NCBI RefSeq assembly: GCF_004010195.1
Contig: NC_057757.1
Location: 5,078,416-5,127,760, forward strand
Length of the DNA: 49,345 bases
From: Chiloscyllium plagiosum
Taxonomy: Eukaryota
Direction: 5' to 3'
Shown here in pieces: positions 1 to 11,469 of this stretch. A program made the position numbers and the translations under genes. The notes under the pieces were generated by a model. The model saw only the letters and a list, made by a program, of their open reading frames with translations. It ran no database searches and had not been told where the DNA came from. The stretch's first letter is position 1. Each line of letters opens with the position of its first letter.

Positions 1-1131
1 GATGGGCCAAATGCTCTGCTTCCATACTGTAGGGATTCTATGATTATGAACAGTGCCATAAGGTAAAGTTGCAAATTCACTGATCTACAAAGAATTGATT
101 GTTGCATGAAAGTTTGAAAAGGTATTATAATACGGGTTCCATAGTTATGAGCTAAGCATGGAAGGAATGTCAACTTTGGTTCCAATCATTACCCCTGCTA
201 GCACAAAGCACATTTTGGGTGAGCCCTCTATTAGCTTGCTAACTTCCAAATTTTCAGTTTAGCAGTGAAGAACTGGGGGAGGGGGTGGAAATACCCTGGA
301 GGGTTGCAACACAGTTAGAATTGGTATTTTCAGGGGAGCAGGGACAAAAACCATTGTTTTCATCATGTATCACTATTTTATTATTAGCAATAAAAAGACC
401 ATTTGACACCTAAATGTACAAAGCTCATGGCTTCAGTGTAGATAACACCAAGCTTTGGATGGAGAATGAGCGGAGAGGCTTTGGACTTGGAGAGTGCAGT
501 CCAGGTCTGATAAGAAAGTTTTGCATTACTCGTAAATGATAAATGGAAGTTTAATGCAGACAAGTTTGAAATAAAGCATAAGAAGCATCTGCACTCCATG
601 AACAAAAAACAAAAATAATAGTTGCTGAAAATTTAATGTTTAGCAGATTGTACAGAACGTAAACAGTTGACTTGGTATCTGGACCATGCTGGTGTTTTTA
701 ATTTGAAAGAGTCTGCTCCTTTTATATCGCACTATCAGTATATCCTTCTGTTCTTTTTTCCCTCCTGTTTATACAGTTTCCGCCTAAAATGCTGTACACC
801 TGAACCATTCCCTATAGTAGAGTGCCACTTTGTCACCATTCCCTGGGTAAAGGAACAGAAGCATAAAAAGATCAAAATGCTAGAAGAGTTACTCCAGTTG
901 GGTCAGTTATTTAACTGTGAAGACCAATGACTGGAACCAGTCTAGCAATGAAACTAAAAGGACTGAATGGGTATTGTTACCTAGTGCCTCACAGTGGAAG
1001 GGACTGATGAACAAAGCAAATGGGCCATGGATTCAGTTGCCAGATCGACAAAGGATAAGTTTGTGTTTTGGAGGGATGAAACGAAATCTCTGAGCCTGTG
1101 ACTAATCATTGGGCTTTTTTTTTTACTGTAG

Positions 1132-1244
1132 GTCCCTGTTGCGAATCATTGGGGAACCTCCCCCATTTCCGTATTACAGTGAGTTTGAGAAGGCTATGAA
1201 TAGTCCTGGAATAAAGAGTTCTTTCTCATCCCTGCATGCTGGAG
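1132..1244 (+). CDS. SAP25: SAP25-like gene, internal coding exon A (phase 2 to 1)
   Basis: Branch-like TGACTAAT, T-tract and TAG acceptor at 1130-1131; donor GAG|GTAAGA at 1245. Only one frame is open: SLLRIIGEPPPFPYYSEFEKAMNSPGIKSSFSSLHAG. Phase fits exon B. This exon has no recognised similarity to mammalian SAP25. Confidence 0.7.
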
Positions 1245-1708
1245 GTAAGAGAATTGATGAAATTACAGGGAGGTAACAGTGTTTTGGTTATTGCATCAGG
1301 AAATCGCTTTAATTTTAACACGTTTATATCTTTTTCAAGCAAGGCACTTAGAAACATTAATGCAATCAGGCAGAGTGAACTTTTGTCTTTTTTTTGAAAG
1401 ACTTGACATTGTGGATGCTGAAAGGATACTCGCCCTTGTGGGAGAGATTTAGGACTAGGGGATACAATTTCAAAATCAGGAGTCTTCCATTTGAATCAAA
1501 GATGAAGAGGATTTCTTTCTGTCTTTAGAATACCCCCCCCCCCCCCCCCAGTCAGCCGTGGTAACAGGATCATTGAATATTTTAAAAGCAGAAGTTGATT
1601 GATACTCCTGTTAATCAACAATTTATAGTTATTGTGGAAATGTGAAGTTGAGGTCAGTCAGATAAGCCATGACCTTATTGAATGGGGGAGTGGGCTCAAG
1701 GGGCCTGA

Positions 1709-2035
1709 GGGCAGCATGGTGACTCAATGGTCCACACTGTTGCTTCACAGCCCCAGGGACATTGGTTTAATTCAAGCCTTAGATGACTGTGTGTGGAGTT
1801 TGCACATTCTAGTGCTCTGGTTTCCTCCCACAGCTCGTGCAGGTTTGATGGATTGGCCATTCTAGATTGCCCATAGCATCAAAGGATATGCAAGCTAGCT
1901 GGGTTAATCTTGGGAAATACATGGTTACAGGAATAGGGTAGGGGGTGTATCTAGGTGGGATGCTCCTGAGGATCGGTGTGAACTCTATGGACTAAATGGC
2001 CTGCTTCCGCACTGTAGGAATTCTATGATTCTATG
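1709..2035 (+). mobile_element. tRNA-derived elasmobranch SINE (HE1-like), diverged
   Basis: A-box/B-box-like head, TGTGTGGAGTTTGCACATTCT core, CR1-like tail ending ATTCTATGATTCTATG. Confidence 0.75.
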
Positions 2036-2178
2036 AATAGCCTCCTCCAGTGCTGTGACCTGCATGTTTTTATCAACTATTGACATCTGACTGATTTGAT
2101 GTGTATGCCCAATATTTTATCATTCTATACTTTAAAGGCTGTACGGAACTCTGGAATTAATGCTTCCTTTCAACCTAG

Positions 2179-2300
2179 GAGGAGAGACAGTCCACAATCA
2201 GCTTGCTGCATTGTCATCGGACAGAGATAAATCTTCTTCATTTAACAATGTGGGAGATGCAAGCACATCCAGTTCAAGGAATGCTTCCCAGTGCAGAGAG
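2179..2300 (+). CDS. SAP25: SAP25-like gene, internal coding exon B (phase 1 to 0)
   Basis: Acceptor CTTCCTTTCAACCTAG|GA; donor GAG|GTTTGA. Open Ser-rich frame GGETVHNQLAALSSDRDKSSSFNNVGDASTSSSRNASQCRE, bridging the phases of exons A and C exactly. Confidence 0.65.
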
Positions 2301-3457
2301 GTTTGAACTTTACTTTTACAGTATCACTCTCTCCACCTGTCAACCCCCACCCCCACCGCTTCACGGGCCCACGCGTGCACTTGTTCCAACTTGGAACCAC
2401 CGGTTTTCAGGCCTACACCAATACCACTTTGTAATTGATTTGCCCCTCCCTCCCTTCCTTTCTAGGGAAGCTGCCTGCTTCACAGCAACTCTCCCTAAAG
2501 AATAGGAACTGATAGAAAATCTTAGACAAGGAAATGTGTTCTGTGGCAGTCTGTCCCCTAAAAAATTCAGACTGTGATACCAGAATGTACCTGCCATAGA
2601 TCTCTTCATTAGTTACTTGTGAGTATGTGGACTCAGTGGGGAATGCAATCATTTATATTTCCATGGCAGGCACTTGAAATGCCATCTCATCCTTTTGATG
2701 GAATGCTAATCGACTTGCTGTATGTTCCCAGTATTTAGTTTTGGTGTGCTGTTTGCTTGGCTAAACAGGGTGTTAAGAGTCAGGAGTCGGTTACAATAAC
2801 AGGGGCCATGAGCCAGGGAGAGAGAGAGCCTCCTGTTGGTTTGGGTGCATCAGAGTTGCAGATAGGCACAACCATTAATTGTCAGTTTTGGGATATCTTC
2901 TCCCCTTTGTGACTGCACTGCCACCAGTGGGTTAGGCTATTGATGGGACACTTAAAGTAACCAATGAACCTGCCCAAAGACAAAGTTATAGCGCAATGCC
3001 ATTATGCGTGCTGAACTGTCCAATGTTGTCCTGTGTGGTTATGCAAAACCACCGGAATCATGCAGGTTGTCTGTTCTCAGCTCCATTGGGGAGAGTGGAA
3101 AGGCCCTTCAGGGATAAAGTTGAATTATTCTGTGGGGCCCTGAGAGGAGCAAGAATGCAGTACCTGAGGCCCATAAGATTAGTTGGGTGACTGCAGCTCA
3201 TAGCACCCTCATCCAACATCCAATTCCTTTGAATAATCAGGTGGGACATCCACACGTAATACTGACCATTTTGACCAACTTTCAAACTGAATTTATACCT
3301 TACACCTTGTATTGGGTCATGGCAGCATTGAACAGATTCTGAATTTCAGAAAGCAAGATCTTTTCTGGGCCCTGAGCCATTAGTTAATCTCATGGTTCAA
3401 TTTGAAATCAACACACAGCTGTTTGAGTACTCACAGGTGTCTCTTCTCTTTGTTCAG

Positions 3458-3677
3458 GTGACACATTCAGGTGTTGTTGCTCCATTCTCCAACAGGACTC
3501 TATCACACCCATCTTTTCACTCCTTTTATGCTGCTGTTTCATCTCAGCAGTCACAGAGTGTCTTTGCTGAACTTGATGACTGCAGATTTAAGAACAAAGA
3601 TTCCACTGATTCCCACTCTAGGCCTGACCACACAGTGAAATCTGAAGCCAGCATCCTCCGTTCCCAAGAAATTCACA
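3458..3677 (+). CDS. SAP25: SAP25-like gene, coding exon C (phase 0 to 1)
   Basis: Acceptor CTCTTCTCTTTGTTCAG|GTG; donor CA|GTAAGT at 3678. Encodes PFSNRTLSHPSFHSFYAAVS, closely resembling the recalled human SAP25 motif SFSGRTLCHPSFWPLYEAAS. Confidence 0.8.
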
Positions 3678-4772
3678 GTAAGTAATGAGCTCTGTTGGAT
3701 TCCAGTCCAAAACAGTAATACAGGCATTACATATATTTAAAATCCCAGTACAAGGCATGGCTAAGCAACATTCTGTCATGCAATCCGAGATCTCTCTTGT
3801 CTAACTTTTTGCTTTACGTCTTTCTTCATCATTTGAATGTCAAAAGGCAGAAAAAGCATTTGTATGGAAGCTTTCACTTCCACAGGGCAAGCCCAAAGTT
3901 CTTCAAAATCAACAAATTACTTTTCAAGTGGTGTAGTTTCAACTTATTGTTTCACAAGGCATGGAGTCATTGGCAAGGCCAGGATTTATATCCCAGTCCT
4001 CACTGCCCTTGAACTTACTGGCTTCTTCATCCATTTCAAAGGCCAATAAAAAGTCAACCCATTTGTAATCTGGAGTCAAATGTCGGCCAGACCAGGTTAG
4101 AATAGATTTCCTTCCACAGGGCACAAGTGAAACTGATGGGTTTTTGTAACAATTAATTATTGTTGTCATAGTTGCCATCAGTGAGAGTATTTTCAATTCC
4201 ATATTTTGTTAATTGCATTTAAGTTTCACCAGCAGTAGCCTAGGCTTCTGATCCAGTGACCCTGTCAATATATCAGAATCTCCCCACTGTAGTTAGTGCT
4301 CTTGAGATTGTGGCAAGCAAACTGACATAGTGAGCTACTGTGAACAATAATTATTCTGTTTGGGTACTGGTGGTTCATGCCAATTCTGCGAATTTTGTCC
4401 CAAAACACACAACTTTGTTTCAAAATCTCACTACATCAGCTGGGGATTTCAAATTCAGTTAATTAAATTCGTACTTTAAAAAGATGAGCTCAGTAGAGGC
4501 AACGAAGGTGGCATTTTACAACAATCCAATAGTTTCACAATGTCTTTCGAGGAAGGAAAACTGCTATCGTTACCCGGTCAGGTCTACATGTGACTCCAGA
4601 CCTATAACAGTTGACCCTTGGCTTCCCTCTCACACCATGTAGTAAATTCGATTTAAGAATGTGGTTCACCACCACTTCCACAGGGCACTTTGGGATGGAC
4701 AATAAATGTTGGCACAGAAGATTTTATTTTAAAAACCGGTTTCATTTTTCTTGATTCTCATCTTTATCTTAG

Positions 4773-4825
4773 AACTTTTGCGAGGTGATATTACATGGAA
4801 GGTGTTATCTAAATGCCAATTATTG
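4773..4825 (+). CDS. SAP25: SAP25-like gene, coding exon D (53 nt, phase 1 to 0)
   Basis: Long pyrimidine tract and TAG at 4771-4772; donor TTG|GTGAGA. Encodes KLLRGDITWKVLSKCQLL (compare human PLLPRGQRVPLYLSKAPQQ). Phases join exons C and E. Confidence 0.75.
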
Positions 4826-5239
4826 GTGAGACTTAAATAAAAGGAAACATCTAGTGCACTGTTTCATCAACGTTCTGCTATTGTATTTCAGTGCCGGCCA
4901 TCCATCAATGTGAGTTTTTCTATACTGACCCAATGCTGCCATCTGGTTATCGGGTTTACAACCGTCTTTCACTTCCCACACGCCAGGTAATGTTGGAACA
5001 CTTGGAACATGTAGGCTGTTTAGATGCAGCATTTTTGCAATGGGTTTCCACTTGAACTTCAGTATATCCCCAATATTCATGTAAAGCACCTTGGGCATTT
5101 TACTACATTAAAGGCGCTATATAAATGCAAGTTGTTGGTGTCTTGAATGCTCCAGGGTAACGCTACTTGAGATAAAAATAATGTGCTGAAGAAACTCTGC
5201 GCATCAGGGGAGAGAAACAAATAATGTTTCCAAGTCCAA

Positions 5240-6105
5240 TCTGGTGGACACCGAAGGTTACCTCCAATTACAACGGGATCTTAACCAGATGGGCCAATGG
5301 GCTGAGGAATGGCAGATGGAGCTTAATTTAGATCAGTGTGAGGTGCTGCATTTTGGGAAAGCAAATCTTAGCAGGACTTGTACACTTAATGGTATGGTCC
5401 TAGGGAGTGTTGATGAACAAGAGACCTTTGAGTGCAGATTCATATCTCCTAGAAAGTAGATAGGATAGTGAAGAAGGTGTTTGGTGTGCATTCCTTGTCA
5501 GAGTATTGAGCACAGGAGTTGGGAGGTCATGTTGCAGCTGAACAGGACATTGGTTAGGCCACTTTTGGAATATTGTGTGCAATTCTGGTCTCCTTCCTAT
5601 TGGAAGGATGTTATGAAACTTGAAAGGGTTTAGAAAAGATTTATAAAGATGTTACCAGGATTGGAGGATTTGAGCTATAGGGAGAGGTTGAACAGGCTGG
5701 GGCTGTTTCCTCTGGAGCGTCAGAGGCTGAGGGGTGACCTTAGAGGTTTATAAAATTATGAAGGGCATGGATAGGATAAATAGACATGGTCTTTTCCCTG
5801 GGGTGGGAGTGTCCAGAACAAGAGGGCATAGGTTTAGGGTGAGAGGGGAGAGATATAAAAGGGACCTAAGGAGCAACTTTTTCACGCAGAGGGTGGTACA
5901 TGTATGGAATGAGCTGCCAGAGGAAGTGGTGGAGGCTAGTACAATTGCAACATTTAAAAGGCATTTGGATGGGTATATGAATAGGAAGGGTTTGGAGGGA
6001 TATGGGCTGGGTGCTGGCAGGTGGGACTAGGTTAGGTTGGGATATCTGGTCGACATGGATGAGTTGGACAAAGGGTCTGTTTCTGTGCTGTACATCTCTG
6101 ACTCT
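5240..6105 (+). mobile_element. CR1 LINE 3' fragment (RT C-terminus and 3' UTR)
   Basis: LQRDLNQMGQWAEEWQMELNLDQCEVLHFG; TRGHRFRVRGERYKRDLRSNFFTQRVVHVWNELP; stops and frameshifts. Confidence 0.9.
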
Positions 6106-7134
6106 TCAGAACTCTGCAGTTCCAAAGGAGTCATACTGGATTTGAAAAATAAACTGTTCTACTGTCCACAAACACTGCCAGACCTGCTGAGTCTCTTCAG
6201 CACATGATTTCATTTCAGATCTTAAGCTTCTGCAACTTTTTGACTTTTTAAAATTTAATGGTATTTGGGATTGACTTTGTGTTTTGGCTAGGTGGTAGCC
6301 ACCTCGTAGTGAAGTCTATAGCTCATTTGTCTCCTTTACATTAGTAATGTGGCCAATAATTTAGAAAAGAGACTGACCACAAAGTATCTAAAACATACAC
6401 TTGTGATTGGCCCTATTTTAATATGAAAATTGGGATCCTACAATGTAAATAGGACACCAGATGCCATTTAAAGTAGGAACTAATTTGACTGAATTTCCAC
6501 AGGGAAATGGAAGATATTCTCAAATCCGAGGTCAACAAAAATAATCTGGGCGTTCAGGGACCTGCCATGTGTTGCTGGCCTTGCTAGGAATCACTTCAGC
6601 CTGACTTCCAATGTTCACCCTGGCAGACTCCACCAAGACACTGTAAACGGCAGTTCTGGTTAATGTATGTGAGGGAACCTCAACAATCTGTCCAAGTCAA
6701 TGTCGACTTCCTTTTGCCCACATTAAAAGATACCACTACAGTGTTATACCTCTTAAACTGCTGGATGGAAATGAAGAAGCAAAAATATGGTTTTCAAAAG
6801 ATACTTGTTTAGTTTGAATTTAGAAAGTAAAATTTGTGCATTTCTTTGTATTACTGGAATCATCTCCCTGATCAAATAGGCAGAATTCCACTTTTGGGAT
6901 AAGAGAATTGTTTCAGCAATTTAATAGTGGGATCCATGCAATTTTCTCCAAGATAAAAGTTGATCATGATGTTTAAATATGTATGTAAGTTAACTCACTA
7001 AGCTTGAAGGTTTGTTTTCAGACATTTAGTCACCGTACCAGGTAACATCATCACTGAGAGTCTCTGGTGAATTGCTGGTGGGTATATATTTATAGATCTT
7101 GGTTTCTTAAGGTGGGTGATGTCAGTTCAGTTTA

Positions 7135-7410
7135 CTTAGTGTGGAAACAGGCCCTTAGGCCCAACAAGTCCACACTGACCCTCCAAAGAGCAACCCACCC
7201 AGACCCATTCCCCTGCATTTACCCCTTAACACTACGGGCAATTTCGCACATTTTTGGACTGGGGGAGGAAACCGGAGCACCTGGAGGAAACCCACGCAGA
7301 CACTGGGAGAATGTGCAAACTCCACACAGACAATAGCCTGAGGCAGGAATTGAACCCGGGTCTCGGGCACTGTGAGGCAGCAGTGCTAACCACTGTGCCA
7401 CCATGCTGCC
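7135..7410 (-). mobile_element. HE1-like SINE
   Basis: Minus strand GGCAGCATGGTGGCACAGTGGTTAGCACTGCTGCCTCACAGTGCCCGAGACCCGGGTTCAATTCC (A and B boxes). Confidence 0.85.
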
Positions 7411-8218
7411 CTGGTTCTGGTTCTTTTTTTCTCAAGGGAAGGGAAATAGGGTCTAAATTGATGTGTTTATTGATCAAGTTCTGATTAGAATGCCATGCCT
7501 CTAAGAATTCTCGTGCATGTCTTTGTTTAAATATCTTAAGGTTACTTTATTGCCTTGGTGTGGCTCCACTATTTGTTTTTCTCTTGCATTTTCATAATGT
7601 AGAAGTTACTGTATGATAATCTCTCAGCCCAGGGAAAGACCATTCAGGCCATTATACTTGGATCAACTCTTTTTGAAAAAGCTCCCTGCAGCCCTTTCAA
7701 TTTCCTTTCCACAGCTGCTATTAAATCCTTCATGACCATCAGGCAGCATGTTCCAGATCATGTAAAATGAAAATTCTGTACCTTTTGCTTTATTTTTGGT
7801 CAGTATCTTAAATCCGAATCCTCTGGAGACTGACCCTCTCTACCAGTGGAAAGTTTTTTTTTTCCCCTATACATTCTGCCAAAACCCTCCACAATTTTTA
7901 GCATTTCTATTATATCTTCCCTTTAATATTCTGCGTAAACAAAGAAGTTAACTTACCTGAAAGATACCTCCAGTTGCAGATGTCTGTTCAATTAATTGAA
8001 TTGTTACGCAGGAGATGTTACATGAGTTTCCTGTCTCCCACCCTAGTTACCAATTCTCCTTCTGATTAAGGGCTCTGCCAAGTCTGGACCTTTGGCTTTG
8101 AGATATAATTTTAAACCAAAGTGCTTGGGGGAAACCCAAACCCATCTTCATCCATTTGTCCTTAGCAAGAACTATGAATGATTTGTTTCCTCTTGTGACT
8201 GGAGTTGATAAAGAATTA

Positions 8219-8387
8219 GAGCTGAAAATGTGTTGCTGGAAAAGCGCAGCAGGTCAGGAATCCTGAGGAAGGGCTCATGCCCGAAACGTCGATTCCCCTG
8301 CTCCTTGGATGCTGCCTGACCTGCTGCGCTTTTCCAGCAACACATTTTCAGCTCTGATTTCCAGCATCTGCAATCCTCACTTTCTCC
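8219..8387 (+). mobile_element. Short Penelope-like (pLTR-derived) insertion with inverted repeat and 14-bp TSD
   Basis: TSD TTGATAAAGAATTA at 8205-8218 and 8388-8401; 40-bp perfect inverted arms at 8219-8258 and 8315-8354. Same CTGGAAAAGC.CAGCAGGTCAGGCAGCATCC family as other copies. Confidence 0.75.
8257..8296 (+). ncRNA. Minimal type-I hammerhead ribozyme motif
   Basis: GGAATC-CTGAGGA-A-GGGC-TCAT-GCCC-GAAAC-GTC-GATTCC: stem I 6 bp, core CUGANGA and GAAA, stem II 4 bp, vestigial palindromic stem III (ACGU), GUC cleavage triplet. Confidence 0.7.
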
Positions 8388-8439
8388 TTGATAAAGAATT
8401 AACCATGACTTAATTGTTAAAATCCAATTGATTCTGCAG

Positions 8440-9075
8440 GTGCTTCAAGGTTTACGGCTCAACACTCCTTCACCCATCATGTCTGCAAGTGTGGCTCCAA
8501 GTGTCCAGAGAGACAGTCACACTCCAGTCAGTCATGCTTCTCACTCTCTGAATAGATGCCAGGAGCAGAGCCGCCCTGTATCTACAGCAGAACGTGATGC
8601 CATCAGCACCTTGCTGGACCTTAGACAGTGTGGTCACATTGACAGCACAAGGACAGAAACCATGCAATGCACACTGAAGAGCAAATGTGTTCACCAGTCA
8701 AAGGATCACCAGGATATTGGAACAAACGGTGTTAAGTTACCAGCCAACCCAGGAGACTCTAATATAAAGGATTGTGATGTCCCCAAACAAAAGAACCCCC
8801 AGTTTAACAGCTGGAGCAAGACTTCAATGGAATCTTCTCCAACCACAGAGCTTTATAAAATCAAACATGTAGCCGAGTCTAAATGGGAACTCAAATATGC
8901 TGATTCCACTAAAGCATCCACAAAATCTGAAGGTAGACCATCAAGCACTTCCTCAGAGACCAAGATTAAAACTGAAAAGTTGCTGTGTAGCGGGAGAGAA
9001 TCTGTAGACTTTGTGGGCATTGTGCCAGACGTATCTCAGGAAAATGAAGTCAGCAGTTGTGACTTTCCTACTTAG
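8440..9075 (+). CDS. SAP25: SAP25-like gene, terminal coding exon E with Sin3-interaction-domain-like helix
   Basis: Acceptor ATTCTGCAG|GTG, then an open frame to TAG at 9073-9075. VLQGLRLNTPSPIMSASVAP resembles human MMGSLKLLPPPPIMSARVLP. VSTAERDAISTLLDLRQ (8578-8628) resembles the SAP25 SID (LSGPELIALTGLLQMSQ). AATAAA candidates lie near 9930 and 10087. Confidence 0.8.
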   Translation: MLQGLRLNTPSPIMSASVAPSVQRDSHTPVSHASHSLNRCQEQSRPVSTAERDAISTLLDLRQCGHIDSTRTETMQCTLKSKCVHQSKDHQDIGTNGVKLPANPGDSNIKDCDVPKQKNPQFNSWSKTSMESSPTTELYKIKHVAESKWELKYADSTKASTKSEGRPSSTSSETKIKTEKLLCSGRESVDFVGIVPDVSQENEVSSCDFPT

Positions 9076-11469
9076 CACAGCCAAGTCAAACAATTTGAAG
9101 ATATTGTAAAAGAAATTGGGCCACAGATAGATAAATGTAAGTTATCAAGCCCAAGTAGGACAGCAATGGCAGATAGAGGAAAAAGGTCTTCAGCCAAAGA
9201 TTTTACCCCATGTTGACAATATTTTAATTCAACTGTAGAAACTCAACATGGTAAAGTTCATTCTGCCCAGCTTGTCGAGTTATCCCTCATAGCTCCCATG
9301 TGGGTATTAGTGAGAGCCGGGGAAGATGGAACAGCTATATTCAGAACTAATCTGTGACACAGCTGAGACATAAAGGTGATTAAAATTTGAGGTCTTTCAG
9401 AAAGATACAGAAAGTGGCAGCTGGTGAATGATAATTGCACTGAAATGAATTCTATTGGTTTAATGACTGAGAATTCAATATTCAAGAAAGCAAATGGATC
9501 AGTAAGTAAAAATTAGAAATTATTTATGGTATTGAGAGTTCTGTTTGAGTTTATATCCCTGAGGAATGTGAAGCAGTGGGCTATTGGTTTTGAATTACCT
9601 TTTCTTGAGTTAGTTAGACTCCTTGAACGGGCTGCATCAGAAATAGTGAGGCAAATGTTCAGCCTCTCAATCTGTTTGGGTGAACAATAATGCAAAAGTT
9701 GAGCAACAGAGCTACAATAACAATGTGAGAAAACTTCAAAGCTTCACCGATGGAACAGGTGATATCTAGGGAAGTCTTGAATCCATGTTCGTGAGCTACA
9801 TTGGATTGCGAGCCAAGATTTTAACATGTTGAAAAGTTCAGGAGGACTTCAAAAATCATTTTTGAACTGATGGCTTTTGTAAACTGGCAAGCTTATTCAA
9901 AGTTAATCTTTGGATGGAGGAAGTGGTTGAAATAAAAAGTACCAATATTTGGTGCAGTGTAATGTCAGACTAATAGGAGAAACATCCCTGTTGTCCAGAT
10001 CACTAAACAGCAGTTTTTATGCAAAACTGGACAAAAGAATGGAAATCATTTCCCAAAATATTAATTGTTCTGCAAGATCTCATTTTAATAAAAATGGAAT
10101 TTCACATCTTTTAGCCACGATAAACCAACAGCAATATTGATGCGATTTAATTAAGTACACAGGAACTTTATCCATATATATAACAACATTTACAACACAG
10201 AGCTTCTAACGTTGGTGTCGGGATCCCAAGCAAGGATACAAGCTAAAGATTTGGAATATTGAGATCCAAAGCAAAATGGTGTGGAGTTTAGACCAACTTA
10301 CAACAGCTCCTGCTCTTACAGGATCTCATTCGGTTCTTACTGAGGGATTGCAACAATTTTCAATTAAAATTGAATCATAGTTGATGGGGATGAGGTTTGT
10401 TAGCATGACGTTACATCTTTAATCACACAAGTCTGCAATTTTGCATTACAATCTCAGGATTATGCAGGTTGTGTGTTTAAAATTTTGCTTTGTTTCTCAA
10501 TGTTGGGCAGTAAGGCCACAGTCGAATGATAATAGTGAGATTTTATGTGTGACAATATTTCACTCGATTTATAAAACAGTAATTTTTTTGGTGTAAATGT
10601 TTGCATCTTTATTTTAAGTGTGTACAATTCAGAGGATTCATGAGGAAACAATGCTAACCCTATTGCACCCAGCGGCAAGTGTGAAGAATAGATGATTCCA
10701 ACCGCTCACCCTTCCCATTTATCCAGGCTGAGGGACCAGCACAGATACAGACTATTTATACAACTCCTCCACCACCACCATGGCTGGAGTTTTCAGTGCT
10801 GGTGTGAGACCTCAGTTTGGGCTTTCCAGCTCAGAGGCAGGAATATGACCAATTGTGTAATCCTTGGTATTGTACGGCAGATAGGGTAAAACTAAACACG
10901 AATGTGTTATTTTAATTTTACCCATTGAATGCAAGTAAAATCTCATATGGCTATGCAGAGCCCTTTGCACATTTAGGAGTAACAAGTTTGCAAGTTGAAA
11001 CCAATCAGTTTGACAATGATCAGTATCTACAAATAAACATGTTTAAACTAATTGACAATGTAATTTTATTTTGTTCCTCTGATCCTTGGAGCTGTGCTGA
11101 CTCGTTATAGTCACATAGATCCAGGAAACATTTCAGAATCTCAAACAGCCACTTGCAGTCCTGGCAAATGAGTGTTGTTAGGAACTGACTAAAGTATCAA
11201 GCACGGTTAAGCCTGATCCTATCCCAGAAGTGCAAGTTACAACCAACCAAATGTATAATTTTGTCTCAAGTTCAAACCAGAACCACTGAATCCCAATTCA
11301 GCAACAGATGTGTTTGCACACAATAGCAACTCAGGTTAGCAGTTGCTAAGGCTAAGAGATACCAGGTAGAAGATGACAGAGATGTGATTCAACAATCCAG
11401 CAATATATGATAATGAAAAAGAGTTTCTGCATAGTCAGAGTGAGTAGTTAGGACCAAATTTTTAAAAAC

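Noticed and set aside
6503..6663. Possible extra SAP25 exon after TTTCCACAG
   Set aside because: The required phase-0 frame stops quickly (TAA), and exon D already joins exon E in frame with continuous similarity.
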